DNA of 64,000 nucleotides from Burkholderiales bacterium (GTDB taxonomy: Bacteria > Pseudomonadota > Gammaproteobacteria > Burkholderiales > SG8-41), in contig JAUXMZ010000008.1 in the NCBI GenBank assembly GCA_030683105.1, positions 4,268 to 68,267 on the forward strand, read 5' to 3'. A program made the translations under genes and the position numbers. The notes under the pieces are model-generated. The model was not told the origin of the DNA. It ran no database searches and saw only the letters and a program-made list of their open reading frames with translations. Each line of letters begins with the position of its first letter. Positions within the stretch are counted from its first letter, which is position 1. Shown one piece after another: positions 53,979-64,000 of the stretch.

Positions 53979-54878
53979 TTACGGGAATATCAAGCGCCGG
54001 CGCAACCGGCTCAGGGCGATTCCGGAAAGGATCAGGATGAGCCCGGTATAGGCATTGACACCGGGCGTCTCGCCCAGCAGCGCCACCCCCAGGAACACGG
54101 CCACGACCGGGACACAGTAATTCACCATCGACATGAAGGTGGGTCCCGCGGAATCGATGAGCTTCAGATAGACCAGCGTCGCTATTGCGGTGGGGCCGAT
54201 CCCGATCCAGATCACGGCCCAGAACGAAGCCGGGCTCGGCGCAAGCTGCCACGGCTGATCGACCACGAGCGCAATCGGCAGACTGATCGCCGCCGCGATG
54301 GTAATGATGGCGGCGGATGCCACCATCACGTTGCCCGCAAGCTTGACGCGCACCAGCACGCTCTGCGCCGCGAAGCACATCGCACCCGCCAGCACCGCCA
54401 GCTGGGCCAGGATGTGACGCCCCGATCCGCCCAGCCCGGTCAGCGCTGCCGGCTCCATCAGCACCACGATCCCCACGAACCCCAGCACGAAACCCGCAAC
54501 GCGGTTGCGGGTCATCCGCTCGCCGGTAACGAAAAAATGGGCCAGCACCAGTGTCGTGAGCGGCATGATCGCCATCAGTATCCCCGCGAGCGCGCTGTCT
54601 ATGGCCCGCTGTCCCCACGCGATGAGCATGAACGGCAGCGAATTTCCGACCACGGCGACCGCCGCATACATGAGCCAGATGCGTCCGGGCGGGGGAAAGC
54701 GGTAACCGAGGGCGAGCACCACGGCGACGAGTATCAGCGCGCCGATCACGAGCCGAGCCGCGACCAGCGTCGCCGGCGGCACGGTGGCCACCCCCAGCTT
54801 GATGAACATGAAGTTCGAACCCCACAGCACCACCAGTGCGGCGAGCAGCGCCCAGTCTTTTATCCCACGGTAATTCAT
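53979..54878 (-). CDS. DMT-superfamily transporter (two EamA domains)
   Basis: 299 aa with ten hydrophobic segments and duplicated EamA-like halves. Confidence 0.8.
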   Translation of the reverse strand: MNYRGIKDWALLAALVVLWGSNFMFIKLGVATVPPATLVAARLVIGALILVAVVLALGYRFPPPGRIWLMYAAVAVVGNSLPFMLIAWGQRAIDSALAGILMAIMPLTTLVLAHFFVTGERMTRNRVAGFVLGFVGIVVLMEPAALTGLGGSGRHILAQLAVLAGAMCFAAQSVLVRVKLAGNVMVASAAIITIAAAISLPIALVVDQPWQLAPSPASFWAVIWIGIGPTAIATLVYLKLIDSAGPTFMSMVNYCVPVVAVFLGVALLGETPGVNAYTGLILILSGIALSRLRRRLIFP

Positions 54879-54905
54879 TGTTTTTATATTAATTCAGTAA
54901 TGAAT

Positions 54906-55042
54906 CAAAACCTTTAAGCCACAGAGAACACAGAGAACACAGAGAACACAGAGGAGAACAAACAACGAAATGCGACTCGCACCTGCTTTTTAATACTATT
55001 TTTCATATTTTCTCTGTGATCTCTGTGTTCTCTGTGGCTAAT
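54906..55042. repeat. CACAGAG-armed repeat, copy R10
   Basis: AAAACCTTTAAGCC, then (ACAGAGAAC) x3-4, an AT-rich core, then TCTCTGTGATCTCTGTGTTCTCTGTGGCTAAT. Confidence 0.85.
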
Positions 55043-55058
55043 ATGTGTGGGGGTAATC

Positions 55059-56513
55059 TTACGTAACCCGAAAAACGGTCATCATGCCGCCATGCTGGTG
55101 CGCCAGAATGTGACAGTGGAACATCCAGTCGCCGGGATTGTCGGCGACAAACGCGATATCGACGCGCTCGCGCGGCCCCATCAGCACGGTGTCGGCCCAT
55201 TCACGGTAGCGCGTCGGCCGGCCGTCGCGCGCGATCACCCGGAACACGTGACCGTGCAGATGTATCGGATGCGGCCAGGAGGTTTCGTTGTTCATTGCCA
55301 GCACAACGCTTGCGCCGCGCTTGAAGGTCAGCAGCGGCGCATGTGCGTGTTCCTTGACGGTGATGCCGTTGATGGCCCACGCGAGCCCGTGCTGACGCGC
55401 GAGCGTGGACAATGGCAGACGCTTGCCCTCCAGCTCCGCCTCGCGCAGGGTGCCCATGGCGCCGCCCTGGAACAGAATGTCATGACGTACGGCGCGCGCA
55501 AGATCCGGCTCCGGCAGCGGATTGGGCGCGAGCAGCACCGGCGCATCCAACGGTTTCGAGCGCAGCGGCGCTTCATCATTGTAAGCCAGCGCGATTACGC
55601 GCTGCACGCGGCGCGGGTTGGCATCGTCGTTGATGTCGTGGCGGCTGCCCTGTGCCTGCATGCAGTCGAGCACCAGATCGACGCGCATGCCCGGGCCCAG
55701 TTCAAGGCCGTCTGCCGGCGCGCTGTGCGGCTCCACCGCCTGGCCGTCGCAGGCGATCACTCTCGGCTCGTGCCCCGGAAATCGCAGCAGGAAAATGCGC
55801 GCCACCGCGGCATTGATCAGGCGCAGACGGATGCGCTCGCCGCTGCGCACCGCGAACGTGCCGTCGGCGGCGGTGAATTTGCCGTTCACCGTCACCGTAT
55901 TGCCGATGCGCCCGGCGTGGGCCATCTCCATGAGGTTGTCGAAATCCCCGCGCTGCTGCGCATCGGGCATCAGCTGCCAGTCCGACAGCACCCAGGTCAC
56001 GTCGCGGTCCACGCGTATCGGTTCGCGCTCTTCGACGATAAAAGCGCCATAGAGGCCGCGCGCCACCTGCTCGTGGCCGCGCAGGTGCGGGTGATACCAG
56101 TAGGTGCCGGCATCGGGCAGCGAAAATTCGTAGACGAAGCGCCCGCCTTTCGCAACCGGCGGCTGCGTCAGGTGCGGCACGCCGTCCATGGCGTTGGGCA
56201 CGCGCAGCCCGTGCCAGTGCACCGTGGTTTCCTCGGTGAGCCGGTTCTCGACGATGATGCGCGCGGTCTCGCACTGCCTGAAGCGCAGTTCGGGCCCCGG
56301 CACCGCGCCGTTGAAACCCCAGATTTCAGTTTCGGGATAGTCGGGAACCAGGCGCTGCTTTGCCGGCGCCGCAGTAAGCGTGACGGCGCGCGGCGCGGCG
56401 GCCGCCTTATGCGTAATCAGCGGCAACAGCGGCGCCGCGGCGAGGGTTTTCAGGACGGTTCGGCGCAAGATTCTCATGACAGCCGGGGAGGATAGCATGC
56501 TGCGCGGCGGCAT
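55059..56513 (-). CDS. Multicopper oxidase with Tat signal
   Basis: Copper-site motifs HWHG, HPIHLHGH and HCHILAHQHGGMM. N-terminal RRTVLKTLAAAPLL. ATG at 56477 is an alternative start. Confidence 0.9.
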   Translation of the reverse strand: MPPRSMLSSPAVMRILRRTVLKTLAAAPLLPLITHKAAAAPRAVTLTAAPAKQRLVPDYPETEIWGFNGAVPGPELRFRQCETARIIVENRLTEETTVHWHGLRVPNAMDGVPHLTQPPVAKGGRFVYEFSLPDAGTYWYHPHLRGHEQVARGLYGAFIVEEREPIRVDRDVTWVLSDWQLMPDAQQRGDFDNLMEMAHAGRIGNTVTVNGKFTAADGTFAVRSGERIRLRLINAAVARIFLLRFPGHEPRVIACDGQAVEPHSAPADGLELGPGMRVDLVLDCMQAQGSRHDINDDANPRRVQRVIALAYNDEAPLRSKPLDAPVLLAPNPLPEPDLARAVRHDILFQGGAMGTLREAELEGKRLPLSTLARQHGLAWAINGITVKEHAHAPLLTFKRGASVVLAMNNETSWPHPIHLHGHVFRVIARDGRPTRYREWADTVLMGPRERVDIAFVADNPGDWMFHCHILAHQHGGMMTVFRVT

Positions 56514-56528
56514 CCACCGCGGTCATCA

Positions 56529-56975
56529 TCAGCGTCTGTCAGCACAACACTTCGGTTTGCATCCGCAGTCGCCGTCCGGCGTGCCGGGCCCGATTGACCG
56601 GGACGCGGCAATCAGCGCTGCCTCCAGGATGAGCTCCGGGGGAATAGCCTCGAATACCGCGTTTCCCATCTCTATCGTCCGGCATTCGGAATCGCCGCAA
56701 ACCGAACAGCAGGGACTGCTTGCCACCCGCGCGCCCAGCCACTCCTCGATGGGCTTGCCGGCAATCCAAACGCGGTTCGATTGGGACGGATCCGCTTTGA
56801 ATGTGTCCGCGTCCATTTCCCTGGTTTCGAGGGCAGGCTTGATCCCCAGGGGTTGAAGGACCTGTTCCAGCTTCGCGACGGCTTGTCGCAATCCCTCGTG
56901 CGTGGCGCCGCACCGGTCACACGTCCGCCCCCCGGAGTCGATCAACCGCTGCCAGACTATCGACAATGTTTTCAT
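56529..56975 (-). CDS. DUF2703-like cysteine-rich protein
   Basis: Start reassigned to MKTLSIVWQRLIDSGGRTCDRCGATHEGL. Additional CCSVCGDSEC and C-terminal CGCKPKCC clusters. Confidence 0.6.
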   Translation of the reverse strand: MKTLSIVWQRLIDSGGRTCDRCGATHEGLRQAVAKLEQVLQPLGIKPALETREMDADTFKADPSQSNRVWIAGKPIEEWLGARVASSPCCSVCGDSECRTIEMGNAVFEAIPPELILEAALIAASRSIGPGTPDGDCGCKPKCCADRR

Positions 56976-57039
56976 GATGGCCTCGCTTTCATGTCCGGCA
57001 TCAAAGTAAATCAGAATTCGCGCACCCTGCGAGGCGCGC

Positions 57040-57996
57040 TCAGTAACCGCGGTTGCGGTCGACCACGGTCGCCAACGGCATCCCCGCCAGAAAGAGCCGC
57101 GCATTTTCCACAAATATCTCAGCGACGCTTGCGTCGCGCGCCGGGTGCAACCCGCCGATATGCGGCAATACCGTAATACCCTCGGTCGTCCAGAACGGAT
57201 GGTCGGCCGGCAAAGGCTCCTTGCGGAACACGTCGAGCACGGCGCCGGCGATGGTTTTCGAGCGCACTGCCCCGATGAGATCGGCATCGACGATCAGCGC
57301 GCCGCGCGCGAAATTCAAAAGATAAGCACTGGACCGCATGACACGAAAGCGCCGCGCATCCATGAAGTTCTCGGTCTCGGTCGTCGACGGCAGCAGCAGC
57401 AGGACAAAATCGGATGCGCCGAGCACCTCGTCGGTCGCCTCCTGCGGATAAACGGTGGCCACGTGCGCGATGGGCCCGGGCGAGCGCTTGGTGCCGATGA
57501 CCGTCATCTCAAGCGCCGCGGCCTTGCGCGCCAGTTCCTGCCCGATCGCGCCCAGACCGAGAATGCCCAGGGTCTTGCCGGCGAGCGGCTCCGAGATGCG
57601 CCGGGTCCAGCGGCTATCACGCTGATCGAGCGCGCACTGCAACAGCGGTTTGGTCAGAAAAAACAGCGCAGCCAGAATGTTTTCCGGCATCTGCACGCGA
57701 TGCGAGCCACGCGCACAGGTCAGGACGACGTCATGATTCAGACCGGGGCTCGCCAGCCACTGGTCCATGCCGGCTGTCACGCTCTGGATCCAGCGCAACC
57801 GCGGCATGCCGGCGAACAGCCCGGGCGCCGGCCGCCAGCCGAGCAGCACTTCGCAGCGCGTCGCGACAGCGGCGGGGATAACCTGGTCGGCGCGCACGCC
57901 ATGCAGTTCGAACCGGTCGGCAAGACCGGCACGCGCCAATGCCTGCTCATAGATGGCCGCTTCGTTCATCCACAGCACACAGACTGGCTTGCTCAT
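57040..57996 (-). CDS. D-2-hydroxyacid dehydrogenase family protein (NAD-binding)
   Basis: 318 aa. Rossmann motif GILGLGAIGQELARK and the downstream NFARG...D and PH catalytic blocks. Confidence 0.85.
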   Translation of the reverse strand: MSKPVCVLWMNEAAIYEQALARAGLADRFELHGVRADQVIPAAVATRCEVLLGWRPAPGLFAGMPRLRWIQSVTAGMDQWLASPGLNHDVVLTCARGSHRVQMPENILAALFFLTKPLLQCALDQRDSRWTRRISEPLAGKTLGILGLGAIGQELARKAAALEMTVIGTKRSPGPIAHVATVYPQEATDEVLGASDFVLLLLPSTTETENFMDARRFRVMRSSAYLLNFARGALIVDADLIGAVRSKTIAGAVLDVFRKEPLPADHPFWTTEGITVLPHIGGLHPARDASVAEIFVENARLFLAGMPLATVVDRNRGY

Positions 57997-58103
57997 AAGC
58001 GGGACGGCGCCAATCCGGCGGGGCCGGAGGAGACAGATTGCGGTTTATTCATCTTCGCATTATTGCATCATCCGGCAAAGGCAGCCTAAAACCGATATGT
58101 TAA

Positions 58104-59507
<1,404 letters not shown>

Positions 59508-59567
59508 AACGGGGCCCGCGAGCTGGCCAGTGCGCTACACTGAGCCTCGCCCATGGAAATACTGTAA

Positions 59568-60116
59568 CTATTTGTTAGTATTGATATTTTTGTCTGCGCG
59601 CTGCTTCTTGGCGCTGCCTGCTTCCACCCACAGGCTGAGCTCTTCAGGCATGGGCGGCGGCGCGCCTTCATAACCCAGCAACGCGGTCAATTCCAAATTG
59701 CTCACCCGGCCCTGTTTGCTCAGTACCAGGGCTTTGACGAAGGCGTGGGCATGGAGCACGCCGCCGACCTCGAACTTCTGTTCGATATAGAGGTATTTCT
59801 CGTCCCAGGTCACGATGCGCGTGACGAGGGTAAACTTTTGGAGCGGCGCCAGCGGCCGTATGAAGTTGATCTCCGCTGCCGCCAGCACCGGCATCCAGCG
59901 CCGCTTCATGAACACGCGCGACAGTCCGAGTTGCGCCGTGAGATGCACGCGCCCCAGATCCATGAACGACAGGTAGCGCCCGTTGTTCATGTGCAGGTTG
60001 AGGTCGCAGTCGTTGGGCAGCACGCGAAACGCCACGCGCGAAGCATCGAACAGCCCGCCCCGCGCCAGCCCCATGATCCGGAACAGCAGCAGGAACAGCC
60101 GCAGATAAAGATTCAT
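59568..60116 (-). CDS. Hotdog-fold acyl-CoA thioesterase-like protein
   Basis: 182 aa. RVLPNDCDLNLHMNNGRYLSFMDLGR resembles the 4HBT-type thioesterase core. Confidence 0.6.
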   Translation of the reverse strand: MNLYLRLFLLLFRIMGLARGGLFDASRVAFRVLPNDCDLNLHMNNGRYLSFMDLGRVHLTAQLGLSRVFMKRRWMPVLAAAEINFIRPLAPLQKFTLVTRIVTWDEKYLYIEQKFEVGGVLHAHAFVKALVLSKQGRVSNLELTALLGYEGAPPPMPEELSLWVEAGSAKKQRADKNINTNK

Positions 60117-60126
60117 GGCGAGGCGC

Positions 60127-60768
60127 CTAGGACGACTTGGCGCGGTGCCTCAGGTACTCCACCACACCCGGCATGATGGACAGAATGATGATGCCGATGA
60201 TCACCAGCGTCAGGTTCTGCTTGATGATGGGGATATTGCCGAAGAAAAACCCGGCATAGAGCAACGACACCACCCACAGCACGGCACCGCTGATGTTGTA
60301 GCCGAGGAAATGACGGTAGGTCATGCTGCCCATGCCCGCGACGAACGGCGCATAAGTGCGGATGATGGGCACGAAGCGCGCAATGATGATGGTCTTGCCG
60401 CCGTGGCGCTCGTAGAACTCGTGCGCGCGGTCGAGATGCCTGCGGTTGAGCCAGACCGAGTTTTCGTAGTGAAACACCTTCGGCCCGAGGTACTGCCCCA
60501 CCCAGTAATTGACGGTATCGCCGAGAATGGCGGCGATGATCAGCAGCAGCGCCAGCAGATGCACATCCATGCCGCCGGCGGCGGCGACAGTGCCGGCCAC
60601 GAACAGCAGCGAATCCCCGGGAAGGAACGGCGTGACGACCAGTCCGGTCTCGCAGAAAATGATCAGAAACAGGATCAGGTAGATCCAGACACCGTAATTG
60701 CTCACCAGCCATTGCAGGTGGCGGTCCAGATGCAGCACGATATCGAAGAAGGTGGCGATTAATTCCAA
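60127..60768 (-). CDS. DedA-family membrane protein
   Basis: 213 aa. Signature [12 protein letters not shown] and [11 protein letters not shown]. Confidence 0.85.
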   Translation of the reverse strand: MELIATFFDIVLHLDRHLQWLVSNYGVWIYLILFLIIFCETGLVVTPFLPGDSLLFVAGTVAAAGGMDVHLLALLLIIAAILGDTVNYWVGQYLGPKVFHYENSVWLNRRHLDRAHEFYERHGGKTIIIARFVPIIRTYAPFVAGMGSMTYRHFLGYNISGAVLWVVSLLYAGFFFGNIPIIKQNLTLVIIGIIILSIMPGVVEYLRHRAKSS

Positions 60769-60780
60769 GCGGCCGGCCGC

Positions 60781-61710
60781 CTATACGGTTTCAGCCGCGG
60801 GTTTCTTCTCGGTCTTGACCAGGTCCTCGCGCGACACCCCGAGCCACATCACCAGGGGACTCGCCACCAGCACCGAGGAATAGATGCCGAACAAAATGCC
60901 TATGGTCAGCGCCAGCGCAAAGTAGAACAGCGTTTCGCCGCCGAACACCAGCATGGCCAGCACCATCAACTGGGTCGAGAAGTGGGTAATGATGGTGCGC
61001 GACATGGTGCGGGTGATGGCATTGTCGATCACCTGCTGCACGCTCGCCTTGCGCATCTTGCGGAAATTCTCGCGCACGCGGTCGAACACCACCACCGATT
61101 CGTTGACCGAATAGCCGAGGATGGCGAGCACTGCTGCCAGCACCGGCAACGAGAATTCCCATTGAAATATCGAGAAAAACCCGAGGATGATCACCACGTC
61201 GTGCAGGTTGGCGACGATCGCGGCCACGCCGAATTTCCACTCGAAACGCAGCGCCAGATAAGCCACGATGCCGAGCGACACGAACAGCAGGGCGAGCGCG
61301 CCCGCTTCAAACAGCTCCTTGCCGACCTGGGGTCCCACGAACTCGACACGGCGCACATCAACCTTCGGCTCGTCCTTCCTGAGCTCCTGCAGCACGGTTT
61401 CCGAGAGCATGGCGCTGGTCACGCCCTGCTTCACCGGCAGCCGGATCAGCACGTCGCGCGACGAGCCGAAATTCTGCACCGCGGCATCGGTGAAGCCCAG
61501 GCGCGCGACGGCGTCGCGGACCTTGTTCAAATCGGCGGGTTGCGAATAAGATACTTCCATCACCGTGCCGCCGGTGAAATCAACGCCGAAATGCAGCCCC
61601 TTGGTGGACAGCGCTATCACCGCGACCAAGAACGTGAGTATGGAAATCACGTTGAAGATCAGCGCGTAGCGCATGAACGGGATGTCACGCTTTATTCTGA
61701 AAAATTCCAT
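60781..61710 (-). CDS. secF: Protein translocase subunit SecF
   Basis: 309 aa containing GVDFTGGTVMEV and six TM segments. Downstream of secD. Confidence 0.95.
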   Translation of the reverse strand: MEFFRIKRDIPFMRYALIFNVISILTFLVAVIALSTKGLHFGVDFTGGTVMEVSYSQPADLNKVRDAVARLGFTDAAVQNFGSSRDVLIRLPVKQGVTSAMLSETVLQELRKDEPKVDVRRVEFVGPQVGKELFEAGALALLFVSLGIVAYLALRFEWKFGVAAIVANLHDVVIILGFFSIFQWEFSLPVLAAVLAILGYSVNESVVVFDRVRENFRKMRKASVQQVIDNAITRTMSRTIITHFSTQLMVLAMLVFGGETLFYFALALTIGILFGIYSSVLVASPLVMWLGVSREDLVKTEKKPAAETV

Positions 61711-61800
61711 GACTATTCCTAGAATGCGTAAGGCGGGAGCGGTGAGCAGTGAGCTGTAAAAATCATTTGTCGTAAGTCCTCTTTGCCTGCTGCCTGCCGC

Positions 61801-63690
61801 TTACTCTGTCTTTTCGGCGCCCGGCTTCCATACCTGGCCGATTGAAATGTGATCGATCTTGCGTTGCCTGCCGTAGTAGAAATTGGCGATGGCGCGCGAA
61901 AACATCACCGCGCTGAAAATCGAGGTCAGGATGCCCAGACACAGCACCACCGCGAAACCCTTGACCGGCCCCGAACCGAAGGCGAACAACGCCAGCCCGG
62001 CGATCAACGTGGTGATGTTGGAATCGAGAATCGTGCCCCAGGCGCGCTCATAACCGGTGTGTATCGCCGCCTGAGGCGTATTGCCGTTGCGCAATTCCTC
62101 GCGTATGCGCTCGTTGATCAGCACGTTGGCATCAATCGCCATGCCGATGGTAAGCGCAATGCCGGCCATGCCGGGCAAGGTCAGCGTCGCCTGCAGCATC
62201 GACAGCAGCGCCACCAGGAAAAACACGTTGGCGGCGAGCGCGATCACCGAAAACACGCCGAACAAGGCGTAATAGAAAATCATGAACACCATGATGGCGG
62301 AAAAGCCATAAAGCGCGGAATTGAAACCGATGCGGATGTTCTCGGCGCCGAGCGAGGGGCCCACCGTGCGCTCCTCGATGATGTCCATCGGCGCCGCCAG
62401 GGCGCCTGCTCGCAGCAGCAGCGACAAGTCCTTGGTTTCCTCGGTGCTCTTGAAACCGCTGATCTGGAAGCGCGCACCCAGCTCGGACTGGATCACGGGC
62501 GCGGTCAGCACCTCGGGCTTGCCGCGGTCGATCAGCAGGATCGCCATGCGGCGCTTGACCGATTCGCGCGTGACCTGCGTGAAAATGCGCGCGCCCTGGG
62601 CGTCGAGCGTGACGCTGACGATAGGGCGCTGGTCCTGCTGGTCGAAACCCGGGGACGAATCCGTGAGACGGTCGCCGGTGATGATGACCTGCTTGTTCAG
62701 CAGCAGCGGCTCCTTGCCGCCATCGCGCTGCACGTAAAACAGCTCGGTGCCGAAGGGCACCTGGCCGTTGATGGCGAGCTCAATTTTCTGGGGATCGTAA
62801 TTTTTTGAGGACGCATCGCCCGCGTGCGCATCGACCATGCGCACTTCGAGCGTCGCGGTGCGCCCGAGTATATCCTTGGCCTTGGCGGTATCCTGCACGC
62901 CCGGCAATTGCACCACCACGCGGTCCGAGCCCTGCTGCTGAATGATGGGTTCGGCCACGCCCAGTTCGTTGACGCGGTTTCTCAAGGTGGTGATATTCTG
63001 GTCCAGCGCGAATTTCTCGGCCTGGGTTTTTGCATCGAGTTTGAGCGCCGCAACGATCAGGTACTCACCGCCGGCATCCTGGGTCTTGAGGTCGAGATCG
63101 GGCATTATTTTGCCGATTTCCGCCTGCCCCTTGTCGCGCATTTCACGATCGCGGAACCGGACGGTGATGCTCTGGCCGTCGCGGTTGATGCCGCTGTACT
63201 GGATGCGCTTGTCGCGCAGCGCGCTGCGGATGTCTCCGACGAAAGACTCCAGCCGCTTGGTCAGCGCGGCCTTCATGTCGACCTGCAGCAGGAAATGCAC
63301 GCCGCCGCGCAAATCCAGGCCCAGGTACATCGGCAGCGCGCCGATCGCAGTCAGCCAGTTCGGGCTGTTGGACAACAGGTTGAGCGCCACCACGTAATCT
63401 TCGCCCAGCTTGGCCTGCAACAGGTCTTTGGCCTTGATCTGGGCATCGGTGTCGCGCAAGCGCGCCTTGACGCTGCTCGGATCGATGAAAATCCTGTCAG
63501 CCACCAGATTACCCTGCTTGAGCGCCTCCTCGACGCGGCCCATGAGCGCGGCATCGGCTTTGAGGCCGTGCTTGATCGGAGAGACCTGCACCGCCGGCGC
63601 CTCGCCATAGAAATTGGGCAGGGTATAGAGCAGTCCCACCACCAGCGCAACGACGATGAGTATGTTTTTCCAGAGCGGGTAACGGTTCAT
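61801..63690 (-). CDS. secD: Protein translocase subunit SecD
   Basis: 629 aa. MNRYPLWKNILIVVALVVG N-terminus, a large periplasmic domain and a C-terminal six-TM block. Confidence 0.95.
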   Translation of the reverse strand: MNRYPLWKNILIVVALVVGLLYTLPNFYGEAPAVQVSPIKHGLKADAALMGRVEEALKQGNLVADRIFIDPSSVKARLRDTDAQIKAKDLLQAKLGEDYVVALNLLSNSPNWLTAIGALPMYLGLDLRGGVHFLLQVDMKAALTKRLESFVGDIRSALRDKRIQYSGINRDGQSITVRFRDREMRDKGQAEIGKIMPDLDLKTQDAGGEYLIVAALKLDAKTQAEKFALDQNITTLRNRVNELGVAEPIIQQQGSDRVVVQLPGVQDTAKAKDILGRTATLEVRMVDAHAGDASSKNYDPQKIELAINGQVPFGTELFYVQRDGGKEPLLLNKQVIITGDRLTDSSPGFDQQDQRPIVSVTLDAQGARIFTQVTRESVKRRMAILLIDRGKPEVLTAPVIQSELGARFQISGFKSTEETKDLSLLLRAGALAAPMDIIEERTVGPSLGAENIRIGFNSALYGFSAIMVFMIFYYALFGVFSVIALAANVFFLVALLSMLQATLTLPGMAGIALTIGMAIDANVLINERIREELRNGNTPQAAIHTGYERAWGTILDSNITTLIAGLALFAFGSGPVKGFAVVLCLGILTSIFSAVMFSRAIANFYYGRQRKIDHISIGQVWKPGAEKTE

Positions 63691-63788
63691 AGGCTGGCGC
63701 GTGAAGGGAGAAGGGTCAAGGGTGAAGGGAACAAACCGAAAGCATCATTCCCTGCCCTTCACGCATTCACCCTTCACCCTTCACTCCT
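63691..63788. repeat. Heptamer-armed hairpin (GTGAAGG-type) filling the yajC-secD spacer
   Basis: Left arm GTGAAGGGAGAAGGGTCAAGGGTGAAGGGAAC. Right arm TTCCCTGCCCTTCACGCATTCACCCTTCACCCTTCAC. Same heptamer as at 41371-41405. Confidence 0.8.
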
Positions 63789-64000
63789 TTAATCGATATT
63801 CTTGATGGTGCCCTTGGGCAGCAGCGTCTGTACCGCCGGGCGCTGCACATGGATCTCCACGCCGTTGGCGATTTCGAGCGTCACGTAGTTTTCATTGATT
63901 TTGCTGAGTCGACCCAGCACGCCGCCCGATGTAATCACCTCGTCGCCTTTTTGCAGGGCGTCGATCATGGTCTTGTGCTCCTTGGCGCGCTTCATCTGCG
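63789..64000 (-). CDS. yajC: Preprotein translocase subunit YajC, partial (N-terminus beyond the window)
   Basis: KRAKEHKTMIDALQKGDEVITSGGVLGRLSKINENYVTLEIANGVEI matches the conserved YajC C-terminal region. The N-terminal TM helix is missing from the window. Confidence 0.85.
   Translation of the reverse strand, partial: QMKRAKEHKTMIDALQKGDEVITSGGVLGRLSKINENYVTLEIANGVEIHVQRPAVQTLLPKGTIKNID

Noticed and set aside
34063-55042. Whether the intergenic repeats are integron attC sites, with the intervening genes as cassettes.
   Set aside because: The ends do not fit the RYYYAAC/GTTRRRY core sites. The flanked genes are housekeeping genes (aceE, lutABC). No intI gene or attI is present in the window.
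50489-55042. Whether the tandem 7-10-mer arrays are CRISPR-like arrays.
   Set aside because: The units are directly adjacent with no spacers and are far shorter than CRISPR repeats. No cas genes are present.
96-57000. Many long ORFs lying antisense to, or out of frame with, the genes called above. Examples: 96-665+, 1925-3037+, 7229-8113+, 11689-12549-, 12814-13773-, 22680-23648+, 23168-24271+, 27495-29384+, 39307-40140+, 41235-42485+, 43350-44873+, 47125-48459+, 55047-56495+ and 57145-58089+.
   Set aside because: Their translations are Arg/His/Gln/Gly/Pro-rich and low in complexity, with no recognisable motifs. That is typical of stop-poor alternative frames in high-GC DNA. Each fully overlaps an ORF with clear family motifs.

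Overview
High-GC (~60-65% by eye) proteobacterial chromosomal segment; gene content such as DUF3567 suggests a betaproteobacterium, but that is inference only. Coding density is high and most genes are on the minus strand. No rRNA, tRNA, CRISPR array, transposase or phage gene was recognised.

The left 40 kb is a dense set of cation, osmotic and membrane-stress functions:
- A TRAP transporter (partial DctM, DctQ, DctP).
- Three separate Mrp-type multisubunit cation/proton antiporter loci. One is a canonical mrpA(B)CDEFG. Two are non-canonical loci in E-F-G-DUF4040-B-C-D... order, with three and two MrpD-like subunits.
- A diguanylate cyclase and a DUF2062 protein translationally coupled to the third Mrp locus.
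- A TerD / Kef-type CPA2 / tandem-USP string.
- A split DUF502 gene, a P2-type ATPase, and a NOX-like flavocytochrome next to a monohaem cytochrome c.
- An NfeD/stomatin pair and an MscS channel.
- A CPA2 / YbdK / gamma-glutamyl hydrolase trio.

The right 24 kb is housekeeping and metabolism: lutA-lutB-mmsA-lutC, a stand-alone aceE, lrp, greB, an IclR regulator, an exonuclease, a multicopper oxidase, purB, dedA and yajC-secD-secF.

From 34 kb to 55 kb almost every intergenic spacer is filled by one modular family of palindromic MITE/REP-like repeats. Their arms are tandem 7-, 9- or 10-mers. Their ends overlap stop codons and Shine-Dalgarno/start sites of the flanking genes.

A repeat-like palindromic segment of about 216 nt sits in frame inside aceE.

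Functional calls come from reading the translated ORFs and recognising motifs, not from database searches.
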